Positions 50,614 through 59,506 of a stretch of 64,000 nucleotides of DNA are shown here, one piece after another. The stretch lies in assembly GCA_000493945.1 (NCBI GenBank), contig AWNW01000005.1, forward strand, positions 7,668-71,667. The letters are read 5' to 3'. Each line of letters opens with the position of its first letter. Position 1 is the stretch's first letter. This stretch comes from Candidatus Hydrogenedens terephthalaticus JGI OTU-1 (GTDB taxonomy: Bacteria; Hydrogenedentota; Hydrogenedentia; Hydrogenedentales; Hydrogenedentaceae). Under the pieces are notes generated by a model. That model was given only the letters and a program-made list of their open reading frames with translations, was not told the DNA's origin and ran no database searches. Position numbers and translations under genes: made by a program.

Positions 50614-51858
50614 GTGAAAACTCTAATTATTCATCTAATTTTTTCACTTGTTTTTATTTTACTATTTGCCCCTGTTACCTTTTCCGAAAGAATATTTTTT
50701 ATTGCTCCGGATGCCGGTATTGTTCAAGAAGTATTACCTGAAAAACTACAAAAAGCATGGTATCCTGACGGAATAACCCCTGAGGTCTTTCATACAAGTT
50801 ATATTACTTATAACATTGCTTATTCTGACCCAGTTGGTTTAGGTTTTAATGACCCCAATCATCCTAATCGCAAAAGATGTTTAGAAGCGGCTTTGACCTA
50901 TATTTCAAATATTTTCAGAACTTTCGGGACTATTGACATTCTGGTTGAGACAAGTGAATATGATGGCACAGGTGCTATTGCCTTTGCGGGAAGTTATGTT
51001 TTTGAGAATCAGGAAACATTTAGTCGTTGTTTTTCTCAATTACGGCTGTTGAATGGGACAAAACCTGTCGCTAATGTATCAGAAATTCAGTTAACTGTTG
51101 ATTTCGGACGAAATTATTATGAAGACCCTGACCATACCACACCTGCTTCCAATCAATTTGATTTGTTATCTGTGCTTATTCATGAATTCACACATGGATT
51201 CGGGTTTTTATCCTTTGTAGAACAGGATGGGAGAACCAATGTAACACCTAATGGTAAATATTTATATACTGTTTTTGACCAATTTATTTATAAAGGGGAT
51301 TTAGCCCTTTTTTCGGGAAGCCCTCCTGCATTTCAGGGCGTACCTTCAGATACTACCAGCAATCAATTGGTCTTTAAATCCATCTTTATTCAAAATTTTT
51401 TTGGGAACAGTGGACTTGCGATATATTCAAAAGACCCTTTTCTTGATGGGACAAGTTTAAATCATTGGGACCCGTTTAGAACAGGAATAACAAATGCAGT
51501 CATGAATCCCACTTATACAGCAGGAAGCACCATTCGAGAGTATTCTTTAGCAGACCTATGCGCTTTGAAATCAATCGGATATTCTAATATTCTACTTGCT
51601 GATAATGAAGGAACACAAGAAGGGGCAAAAGAAGGTATAGTTGAAGGAACACAGGAGGGTACCGCAGAAGGGGCACGGGAAGGAACCCATCATGAAGGTT
51701 TCCAAGAAGGTAACATAGAAGGAATTGACGAACCAACGGATAGTATTTGTGGGTGTGCAAAAAGTCAAAGCATTAGAAAATTTATTTTTGACCTTATTTT
51801 ACTGGGAATGGTTTTACTTCTTATCTCGCAAAAGAAATATAAAGCAGAGAATAAATAG
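50614..51858 (+). CDS. Secreted zinc metalloprotease-like protein (HExxH) with an (EGxx)n linker and the same type of C-terminal tail
   Basis: Signal peptide MKTLIIHLIFSLVFILLFAPVTFS. The zincin motif is LLSVLIHEFTHGFGF. The linker is EGTQEGAKEGIVEGTQEGTAEGAREGTHHEGFQEGNIEG. The tail is DEPTDSICGCAKSQSIRKFIFDLILLGMVLLLISQKKYKAENK. GTG start. Confidence 0.65.
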   Translation: MKTLIIHLIFSLVFILLFAPVTFSERIFFIAPDAGIVQEVLPEKLQKAWYPDGITPEVFHTSYITYNIAYSDPVGLGFNDPNHPNRKRCLEAALTYISNIFRTFGTIDILVETSEYDGTGAIAFAGSYVFENQETFSRCFSQLRLLNGTKPVANVSEIQLTVDFGRNYYEDPDHTTPASNQFDLLSVLIHEFTHGFGFLSFVEQDGRTNVTPNGKYLYTVFDQFIYKGDLALFSGSPPAFQGVPSDTTSNQLVFKSIFIQNFFGNSGLAIYSKDPFLDGTSLNHWDPFRTGITNAVMNPTYTAGSTIREYSLADLCALKSIGYSNILLADNEGTQEGAKEGIVEGTQEGTAEGAREGTHHEGFQEGNIEGIDEPTDSICGCAKSQSIRKFIFDLILLGMVLLLISQKKYKAENK

Positions 51859-52011
51859 TTTTTGTTTTAATCTGTGTTCATTTATACAATTTTTTGCTGA
51901 AAAAGAAAATTTATAACTTGTGAAAATGGTATTATTTTTGATAAACTATAAATTCAATTAATAAATTTGGGCGAAGCAATCGGGTATTAAATTGAAGAAA
52001 GGAATAAAGAA

Positions 52012-53616
52012 ATGGCAAGAATCCTTGTTTTAGATAATTTAAGTGAAGAAGGAATTGAAATTTTTAAACAGGCTGGGTTTGAAGTTGATGTAAAACCTCC
52101 CCAAAAACCCGAGGAATTAGCACAAATTATTGGTAATTATAACGGTTTGGTAGTTCGTAGTGCTACAAAAGTAACAAAAGAGGCACTTATGAATGCAAAA
52201 AACCTAAAAGTAGTCGGTAGAGCGGGTGCGGGAACTGACAATATTGATAAAGACTTTGCCACACAAATGGGTATTGTAGTAATGAATACGCCGGGTGGAA
52301 ATACGATTTCTGCATGCGAACATACCTTTGCCTTGATATTGGCACTTTGTCGGAATATACCTTCGGCTCATGCTTCAATGATGGCGGGTAAATGGGACCG
52401 TAAAAAATATATGGGTGTGGAACTAATGGGAAAAACTTTGGGAATTATTGGTGTAGGGAGAATTGGAGGAGCCGTTGCAAAACGAGCATTGGCATTTGAA
52501 ATGAAAGTAATCGCTCATGATCCTATTTTAACACCTTTGAAAGCAGAAGCATTAGGCGTAAAATTAGTTAGTCTTGAGGAACTTATTCGGGAATCCGATT
52601 TTATCTCCATACATACGCCTAAAACAGAAAAAACGAATAATATGATTCGATTAGAACAGTTAAAGCAGATGAAGCCCAATTGTCGAATTGTAAATTGTGC
52701 CCGTGGAGGCATAGTTAATGAAGAAGATCTGGCAACCGCTCTTCGTGAGAAGATAATTGCGGGTGCGGCTCTTGATGTCTTCACTTCTGAACCTCCTGTA
52801 AATAATCCTTTCTTAGGTTTAGATAATGTAATACTGACACCTCATTTGGCTGCATCCACAGAAGAAGCGCAAGTTGTTGTGGCTGTTGATATTGCAAAAC
52901 AAATGGTTGATTTTCTTACCACAGGTGCTATAGTGAACGCCGTTAATGTGCCGAGTATAGACCCAGAAACAAAGAAATCTCTCCAGCCACTTATAGATTT
53001 AGGGGAACGATTGGGAATGTTCCAATCATTATATACAAGGGGACGACCTACATCATTGCAAATCGAATATGCAGGTGAAATTGGTGTTACAGATACCTAT
53101 CCTATAACATCTGCAATTCTGACCGGTTTTTTGAAGCCGTTAGTAGAAACAGTAAATATGATTAGTGCTCCAGTCCAGATTAAAGAACGGGGGATAGAAT
53201 GTAATGAACGGAAAACGGCTCGTCCCTCCAGTTACGCTTTTGAAATCTCCCTTCGTGTAGAAACAGACCAGGAGACTCATACAGTTACAGGGACATTATT
53301 CCACAAAACAGATGCGCGAATTTGTAGTATTGATGGTATGCGGGTAGATGCAAAACCGGAAGGATATATGCTTGTTTGTCGGAATGAAGACAAACCCCTC
53401 GTTATTGGACGGCTCTGCACGCGTATTGGTGAAGCAGGTGTTAATATAGCCAATCTCATGTTGGGACGCGATATTAAAGGTGGACTTGCTCTTACCGTTC
53501 TAAATCTTGACCAACCTTTAAGTGATGAAGTTATACAAGATTGTGCAAAACTCCCGCATATTTTAGAAGCCCGACTTTTATCTTTACCGGAAAATAATAC
53601 AAATAGCAACTCGTAA
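52012..53616 (+). CDS. serA: D-3-phosphoglycerate dehydrogenase (long form with ASB and ACT domains)
   Basis: MARILVLDNLSEEGIE, the NAD site GIIGVGRIGGAVA, the catalytic residues NCARGG...TPHLAAST, and 534 aa including a C-terminal ACT region. Confidence 0.93.
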   Translation: MARILVLDNLSEEGIEIFKQAGFEVDVKPPQKPEELAQIIGNYNGLVVRSATKVTKEALMNAKNLKVVGRAGAGTDNIDKDFATQMGIVVMNTPGGNTISACEHTFALILALCRNIPSAHASMMAGKWDRKKYMGVELMGKTLGIIGVGRIGGAVAKRALAFEMKVIAHDPILTPLKAEALGVKLVSLEELIRESDFISIHTPKTEKTNNMIRLEQLKQMKPNCRIVNCARGGIVNEEDLATALREKIIAGAALDVFTSEPPVNNPFLGLDNVILTPHLAASTEEAQVVVAVDIAKQMVDFLTTGAIVNAVNVPSIDPETKKSLQPLIDLGERLGMFQSLYTRGRPTSLQIEYAGEIGVTDTYPITSAILTGFLKPLVETVNMISAPVQIKERGIECNERKTARPSSYAFEISLRVETDQETHTVTGTLFHKTDARICSIDGMRVDAKPEGYMLVCRNEDKPLVIGRLCTRIGEAGVNIANLMLGRDIKGGLALTVLNLDQPLSDEVIQDCAKLPHILEARLLSLPENNTNSNS

Positions 53617-53713
53617 ATTTTATATCAAAAAAATTAATCCTTTATAGAAATAATCGAGTTGTTGTCTTATATAAAATAGAAGTTTTGGAAAAGTACACAG
53701 AGGAGAATAAATT

Positions 53714-54958
53714 ATGTCTAAAAATTTAATTCAAGTTCCTGAAGGGGATAAAATTATATTAAAAGATGGTGTCATTCAAACCCCTGACCAGCCTATTATT
53801 GGATTTATCGAAGGAGATGGGATAGGTCCCGATATATGGAAGGCATCGAAATATCTATTCGATTCTGCCGTTGAATTTTGTTATGGCAACAAGAGAAAAA
53901 TAGCATGGATGGAACTTTATGCAGGAGAGAAAGCAAATAAATTAGCAAATACCTATCTACCGGAGGAAACTTTAGAAAAAATTCGAGAGTATCAGATTAC
54001 TATTAAAGGTCCCTTAACAACCCCTGTAGGTGGTGGTTTCCGCAGTTTAAATGTAACATTACGACAAATGTTAGATTTGTTTGCCTGTGTTCGTCCTGTT
54101 CGCTATTTTCCGGGCGTTCCCAGTCCTGTAAAAAATCCTGCGGATGTTGATGTTGTAATTTTCCGTGAAAATACCGAGGATGTCTATGCTGGATTTGAAT
54201 TTCCCGCGAACTCCGAAGAGGCAAAAAAACTTATCAATTTTTGCAAGAAAGAATTTGGCTGGAATATAAAACCCGATTCAGGGATTGGAATAAAACCCAT
54301 TAGTGAAACAGGTTCTAAAAGACTTATTCGTTCCGCTATTAAATATGCGTTAGCCCATGGACGACGCTCTGTTACTCTCGTCCATAAAGGGAATATTATG
54401 AAATATACCGAAGGTGCCTTCATGAATTGGGGTTATGAATTAGTTCGTGAAGAATTTGCAGACTCTGCTGTTTGCTGGAGTGACTGCAACGGCAATCCGG
54501 GAGATAAATTACTTGTTAAAGATACGATTGCAGATATTTTCTTACAACAAATATTGACCCGTCCCAGAGAATTTGATGTTGTCGCCACTATGAACTTAAA
54601 TGGTGATTATATGAGTGATGCTATTGCGGCGCAGGTTGGCGGAATTGGTATTGCACCGGGTGCAAATATTAATTATGAAAATGGCTATGCTATATTCGAA
54701 GCCACGCATGGCACTGCTCCTAAATATGCAAATCTGGATAAAGTAAATCCAAGTAGTCTTATTCTCTCTGGTGTTATGATGTTTGAATATATCGGCTGGA
54801 ATGAAGTTGCAGATGTAATTATCCGTGCTTTGACAAAGACCTATCAGGACCGTATCGTAACTTATGATTTTGCAAGATTGACGACAGGCACACAGGAAGT
54901 AAAATGCAGTGAGTTTGCTGGTGCTGTCGTTGCTCGTTTCAGTAACAATACTGAATAA
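53714..54958 (+). CDS. icd: Isocitrate dehydrogenase (NADP-dependent, prokaryotic homodimeric type)
   Basis: [36 protein letters not shown] and the other IDH/IMDH signatures are present. 414 aa. Confidence 0.93.
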   Translation: MSKNLIQVPEGDKIILKDGVIQTPDQPIIGFIEGDGIGPDIWKASKYLFDSAVEFCYGNKRKIAWMELYAGEKANKLANTYLPEETLEKIREYQITIKGPLTTPVGGGFRSLNVTLRQMLDLFACVRPVRYFPGVPSPVKNPADVDVVIFRENTEDVYAGFEFPANSEEAKKLINFCKKEFGWNIKPDSGIGIKPISETGSKRLIRSAIKYALAHGRRSVTLVHKGNIMKYTEGAFMNWGYELVREEFADSAVCWSDCNGNPGDKLLVKDTIADIFLQQILTRPREFDVVATMNLNGDYMSDAIAAQVGGIGIAPGANINYENGYAIFEATHGTAPKYANLDKVNPSSLILSGVMMFEYIGWNEVADVIIRALTKTYQDRIVTYDFARLTTGTQEVKCSEFAGAVVARFSNNTE

Positions 54959-55061
54959 AATTCGTTGCACCTTATTTTTTTTGAAAACTCCCTTAATAAA
55001 ATATTAAACTTTTAATAATAAATATGTTAAGTAACTTTATATCAACTCAGGGAGTTTTAAA

Positions 55062-55826
55062 TTGGCGAACAATTTTTTTAATAAGAATACAATACCGAAC
55101 ATAGAAGAACGAATTGAAAAATTACACCGATTGGCTACGGCAGGGTTGTGTATTAACAGCGTTATCCATGATACCAATAATTACTTAGGGGCAATTATGG
55201 CTTATGCAGAACTACTCCAGATGGATACATCTCCCGGGGAAGAAAGTCATCGGATGTTGGGTAAAATCGTTGAATGTGTTCAGGATTGCTCGCTATTGAT
55301 GAATGGATTGAATACTATCTCGCGGAGTAAAGATAATCTGGTAACTCTTGTAGAAATACCGGAACTTATTAATACTGTACTTCAATTAAGAAAATACTAC
55401 CAGAAAATCTTAAAAATTTGGGTTGAAAAAGATATTGAATCTGATATGAGACCCATCGTGGTAGACCTTCCCCGCTTACAACTGGCTTTAATTCATATTG
55501 TAAAAAATGCGGAGGAAAACCTGGAATTGAAGGAGCCAGAAGAAGACAATCCTCGGACAATAAAAGTGGTAAGCAAAAACGATAATGATGGGATTATTAT
55601 ATCCATTAAGGATAATGGTCCTAATCCTCCTACCAATGTTTTTGAAAAGGTATTTGAACAATATACCACTACAAAGAACAACTATCATCTTGGTTTAGGA
55701 TTGTATATAGCGAATAAAATAATAGCAGAGCATAATGGTTCGTTAGAATATAGTCCTGAAAACGGTTTTTCGATATGGATACCTTTTGATAATCCGAAAG
55801 TTGCTCAATTACACGAGTCTGTATAA
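55062..55826 (+). CDS. Cytoplasmic histidine kinase core (DHp plus HATPase_c) without a sensor domain or TM segment
   Basis: H-box SVIHDTNNYLGAIMAYAELL, N-box HIVKNAEEN, and G-boxes IKDNGPN and GLGLYIANKIIAEHNGSL. TTG start. No response regulator lies adjacent. Confidence 0.75.
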   Translation: MANNFFNKNTIPNIEERIEKLHRLATAGLCINSVIHDTNNYLGAIMAYAELLQMDTSPGEESHRMLGKIVECVQDCSLLMNGLNTISRSKDNLVTLVEIPELINTVLQLRKYYQKILKIWVEKDIESDMRPIVVDLPRLQLALIHIVKNAEENLELKEPEEDNPRTIKVVSKNDNDGIIISIKDNGPNPPTNVFEKVFEQYTTTKNNYHLGLGLYIANKIIAEHNGSLEYSPENGFSIWIPFDNPKVAQLHESV

Positions 55827-55828
55827 AA

Positions 55829-56518
55829 TTACATCTGGCTCACTAAATAAGTAACTGTAACTGTAGTTTTGCAGTGAAGTTCTGTGATAGATATTGTATC
55901 TCCTTCTTTCCTGCCGTCATTCTCCCATTCAATTTTATTAATTTCAATTTTCTCAATGGCATAAATACCTCCTCGCAATGCTCCGGCGGCCGCATCTGCA
56001 GGGGAATACGCATTTTCAACAGCGGAGTTTATAGCAGAACGAATAGCTGCTTCTTCATTCTGTACTCGTAGATAAGGACCTTTTAAATCTGCGGATAATT
56101 CATTTGCTAAACTACGCATTTTATCCCACAGTTTAGCAAATAAAATCGCACCATTTTCAACAGAAACAATTCCTGCTAGAGAAAAGATAGCGGTAACATT
56201 CACTTCAATCTGGGGTTCATTTTTTAAACTATATAAAGGTCCGACACTTCGAATTTCAACAGGACGCGGACTCTCTTCGGTAAATTTTAGCCGTAATTTT
56301 GTTTCAAAATCCTGAATACACTTAAAAGCGAGGTCAAAATTATTATCTTGTGCTACACGAACAAATTGAAATTCTACATGAGTAGGAACAGCGGTCGCTT
56401 CCCCTTTCCCTTGGCACACAATCCTCGCATAAGAACCCGTATTGTCTTCACTCCATGCGAATAGGATTAATCCCTGTAATAAAACGATAAAAATAAATAT
56501 CCAATTTCTTTTACTCAT
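55829..56518 (-). CDS. Secreted SIMPL/DUF541-like protein
   Basis: Signal peptide. The size (229 aa) and the C-terminal half (AIRSAINSAVENAYSPADAAAGALRGGIYAIEKIEI) resemble the SIMPL-domain pattern. The assignment is tentative. Confidence 0.4.
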   Translation of the reverse strand: MSKRNWIFIFIVLLQGLILFAWSEDNTGSYARIVCQGKGEATAVPTHVEFQFVRVAQDNNFDLAFKCIQDFETKLRLKFTEESPRPVEIRSVGPLYSLKNEPQIEVNVTAIFSLAGIVSVENGAILFAKLWDKMRSLANELSADLKGPYLRVQNEEAAIRSAINSAVENAYSPADAAAGALRGGIYAIEKIEINKIEWENDGRKEGDTISITELHCKTTVTVTYLVSQM

Positions 56519-56536
56519 ATTCCACCTCTTAAAAAA

Positions 56537-57364
56537 TTAGATTATCCCTTGTGAAATTTTTCTTTCTAATGTAAATAGTTCGGCGATTTCAAAACGGGAA
56601 GGTGCCCTTCCATATTCGCACTGTTCAAAAAACTCAACATACTCGAATGTCTTATCATAAGACTGCAATTCATTCTCAAATAGGGGTCTGAAATAAAAGG
56701 AAGGCATTCTAAACAAAGAATCCCACCGTTCGCGTAGCCACTTTTTCCTATCCGTTATATCTTTTGGTACTTGTTCTAATTGGTGGTCTAACCACGGAAG
56801 CCACTCATACATTTGCGAACTCATCGCATCCAGCAATTCCCATTTTCTATCTATTACTTCGGAAATATCCACGGCAAAATTTGGGGTAAACGGTGTCGGT
56901 TTTTGGAACATATCCATCATATATAAGCAAAAAGGACTTTGATATAAAGCGGGGACTTCGGGACAAAAATGGGGAACAGTCACCAAAAATGCGGAATCTT
57001 GAACAAGCACACCACAAGCCCTATGGTCGGGATGATAATCACAGGGACGGTGAGTAAGAACAACATCCGCATTGAACCGACGCAGCAAGGCAACAATCTC
57101 ATGACGGACTTCGAGAGTAGGCATTAAAGAACCATCTGGATAATTTAAGACAATGGAAGTATATCCCCCTCTTCTAGCTGATTCGTCTGCCTCTGCACGC
57201 CGAATCTTTTCTAATTTCTGGGGTTCTATCTCGTGATGACCTATATTACCATTAGTCACAGATACGGCATATACATTGTGCCCTTTTTCCGCCCATAAAA
57301 CCATACTTCCGCCAGCATACCATTCTGCATCGTCAGGGTGGGCTCCGATACAGACTATATTCAT
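56537..57364 (-). CDS. PIG-L/LmbE-family N-acetylglucosaminyl deacetylase
   Basis: IVCIGAHPDDAEWYAGGSM and HRPCDYHPDHRA are the zinc-binding motifs of the LmbE family. Confidence 0.8.
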   Translation of the reverse strand: MNIVCIGAHPDDAEWYAGGSMVLWAEKGHNVYAVSVTNGNIGHHEIEPQKLEKIRRAEADESARRGGYTSIVLNYPDGSLMPTLEVRHEIVALLRRFNADVVLTHRPCDYHPDHRACGVLVQDSAFLVTVPHFCPEVPALYQSPFCLYMMDMFQKPTPFTPNFAVDISEVIDRKWELLDAMSSQMYEWLPWLDHQLEQVPKDITDRKKWLRERWDSLFRMPSFYFRPLFENELQSYDKTFEYVEFFEQCEYGRAPSRFEIAELFTLERKISQGII

Positions 57365-58083
57365 CTTCCATCTCCTTCTTTTTTTAGTGTTATTCTTAGT
57401 GGATTCCCTAAAACTTCTGTTTCCTCAATTATTTCCAGGCTTTTATCATTATCAAATATTTTTTTTGGCTCTGTAAATGGGGCATAGAGAAACAATTTTG
57501 CCTGTGTATATAATAAAGTAGAAAAACCTTCTGCAGGGGCATTATCCCATAGATTTACTTCAAATCTCATGGGAAACATTGTCTCCGTAGGGACAGGAAT
57601 AATATTTCCACCAACGGCACCTGTAAGTACTGTTTTGAATGTGCCAATTTCTTTTCCATCTTGAATGATTTTGCCTTCTACTTTCACAGGATATTCTGTA
57701 TAATTAACAGCACCCCTTGGAAGGAGATTTACCTCTACCTTCATTTTTTCAGGATAAGGAGGAGGAATTTCTATTTCTATACGGGATACCTTTCCATGGG
57801 CTCCTTCTTCTTTCTGAATTCGTGCATGTGTTGGAATCATCTTTTCTGGAACTTGTATCAATATCTGTAAATCGCTCTCTATATCACCCATATTTTTCTT
57901 TAAGTTTGTATGGCTCGGTACCGCTAACGGATTATATGCGCCCAATACTTCTTGTTCTGAACTGGATAGTCCCTGATTATCTGGTTTTTTCCTATTTTCA
58001 AAATAAGAATTGCATGAAGTAATACTCAACAATAAAACAATAAAGAACCCTAAAAAGTGTTTTTTATACATTGCCCTTTTCAT
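57361..58083 (-). CDS. Lipoprotein, hypothetical
   Basis: Lipobox LLLSITSC. No recognisable domain. A 4-nt overlap with the downstream LmbE-family gene suggests translational coupling. Confidence 0.5.
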   Translation of the reverse strand: MKRAMYKKHFLGFFIVLLLSITSCNSYFENRKKPDNQGLSSSEQEVLGAYNPLAVPSHTNLKKNMGDIESDLQILIQVPEKMIPTHARIQKEEGAHGKVSRIEIEIPPPYPEKMKVEVNLLPRGAVNYTEYPVKVEGKIIQDGKEIGTFKTVLTGAVGGNIIPVPTETMFPMRFEVNLWDNAPAEGFSTLLYTQAKLFLYAPFTEPKKIFDNDKSLEIIEETEVLGNPLRITLKKEGDGR

Positions 58084-58351
58084 AACAAACCTTACATTAG
58101 AAAAAATTATAAGCCATAGTTTTTAATTTTCTTTTACATGAAATAATATACAATCAAACGATGAAAAAACGAATAAAGAATACTATAAAAAATCAGTATT
58201 TTATAAATTTTTGAAACAAATAACAAATCATCATTTCACTAATAATTTTTTGTTTTATAAATATTCAAAAAAATTTCTTGCAAAAAAGTCTTTTTTTTGT
58301 AATAATGTATTTAACAATAGAAATTATACCCCGCAGTGGAGGGTAACCCCT

Positions 58352-59356
58352 ATGAATTTTATTGGTGATGGAACACAAAATACGGGGAAATTAATACTAT
58401 ATGGTTGGGATAATCTTTCTACAAATGATGGACCGGGTGTGCGACTTGCTCTTTATTTCAAAGGTTGTAGTTTATATTGTCCATGGTGCTTAAATCCTTT
58501 TCTCCAGAAGGTAATGCCTGAAATACGATGGAAAAGCACAAATTGTATTCATGATTTTGAATGCATAAAGGAATGCAAAGAAAAGGCTATTCGGAATATT
58601 AATAATACAATTGTTATTGATGAAGAAAAATGTAATTTTTGTGGTGCTTGTTGGGAAGTGTGTAAAAGGGAAGGGTTAAAACCCGCTGGCGATTATATTT
58701 CTCTGGAACAAATTGTTTCTTTAGTTGAGTATGAAATAAATCTTCAAATTCCCCCACGAAGTGTAACCTTAGGAGGAGGAGAACCTTTACTTCAGGGTTA
58801 CCCTATGCTTAATTTATTAGGAATGTTGAAAACACTTCCTATAAATCATATCCTCCTTGCCAGTTGTGCAGGTGTTGACAATCAGGAACTATGGCAACAG
58901 GCTCTTAAATCTACGGATGGAATACTACTTCATTTGTTCACAGTAGATAAAGATGTATGGCAAAGCGTTAGCAATGTTCCTTTTGAAGTTTACCTTCGCA
59001 ATTTGCATGACCTTGCTATATCAGAAAAACCTGTTTATATCCGTATTCCCATCGTCCCTAGTTTTACAAATGCTCCTGAGACGATATATAACCTTTGTAT
59101 GTTTATAAAAAAATCTCTCCCACACACCAAGCAGGTTGAATTTCGTGGATATGTCCCCAATTCTTCGTTCAAAAATCCCCTGTTTTCTTTAAAAGATACC
59201 AATATAAGTTCTGAAGAAATAATAAAACTTTGCTCATTAGCCCATGAGGTAGGTTTGAAAGAGACCCATTGGCGGGGTAATTTACGAACTCTTGATAATG
59301 CTCCCCTGAACTATTCGATTTCTGAAAATAAGATGGATTTTGAAACGGATGTTTGA
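58352..59356 (+). CDS. Glycyl-radical-enzyme activating protein family (radical SAM with a ferredoxin-like insert)
   Basis: The N-terminus is STNDGPGVRLALYFKGCSLYCPWCLNP (CX3CX2C cluster). CNFCGACWEVC is an auxiliary 4Fe-4S motif. The start is set at ATG 58352, preceded by GGAGGG. The track ORF start at 58211 is an AT-rich TTG extension. Confidence 0.75.
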   Translation: MNFIGDGTQNTGKLILYGWDNLSTNDGPGVRLALYFKGCSLYCPWCLNPFLQKVMPEIRWKSTNCIHDFECIKECKEKAIRNINNTIVIDEEKCNFCGACWEVCKREGLKPAGDYISLEQIVSLVEYEINLQIPPRSVTLGGGEPLLQGYPMLNLLGMLKTLPINHILLASCAGVDNQELWQQALKSTDGILLHLFTVDKDVWQSVSNVPFEVYLRNLHDLAISEKPVYIRIPIVPSFTNAPETIYNLCMFIKKSLPHTKQVEFRGYVPNSSFKNPLFSLKDTNISSEEIIKLCSLAHEVGLKETHWRGNLRTLDNAPLNYSISENKMDFETDV

Positions 59357-59391
59357 GAACCCTTCCCCGTTATATTAAAATTATAAAAAAG

Positions 59392-59465
59392 TGGGCCCTG
59401 CAGGACTCGAACCTGCGACCAAGTGATTATGAGTCACCTGCTCTGACCTACTGAGCTAAGGGCCC
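59392..59465 (-). tRNA. tRNA with a CAU anticodon, most likely tRNA-Ile2 (lysidine type) rather than elongator or initiator Met. CCA is not encoded.
   Basis: The reverse complement folds as a cloverleaf: GGGCCCT TA GCTC AGTAGGTCA GAGC A GGTGA CTCATAA TCACT TGGTC GCAGG TTCGAGT CCTGC AGGGCCC A. Base 1-72 is paired and there is no GGG/CCC anticodon stem, so it is not an initiator. The overall sequence closely resembles my recollection of E. coli ileX. Confidence 0.85.
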
Positions 59466-59506
59466 TGAAAATCGAACAATTGCGACAAATATTTTATCAA
59501 TTTTTG

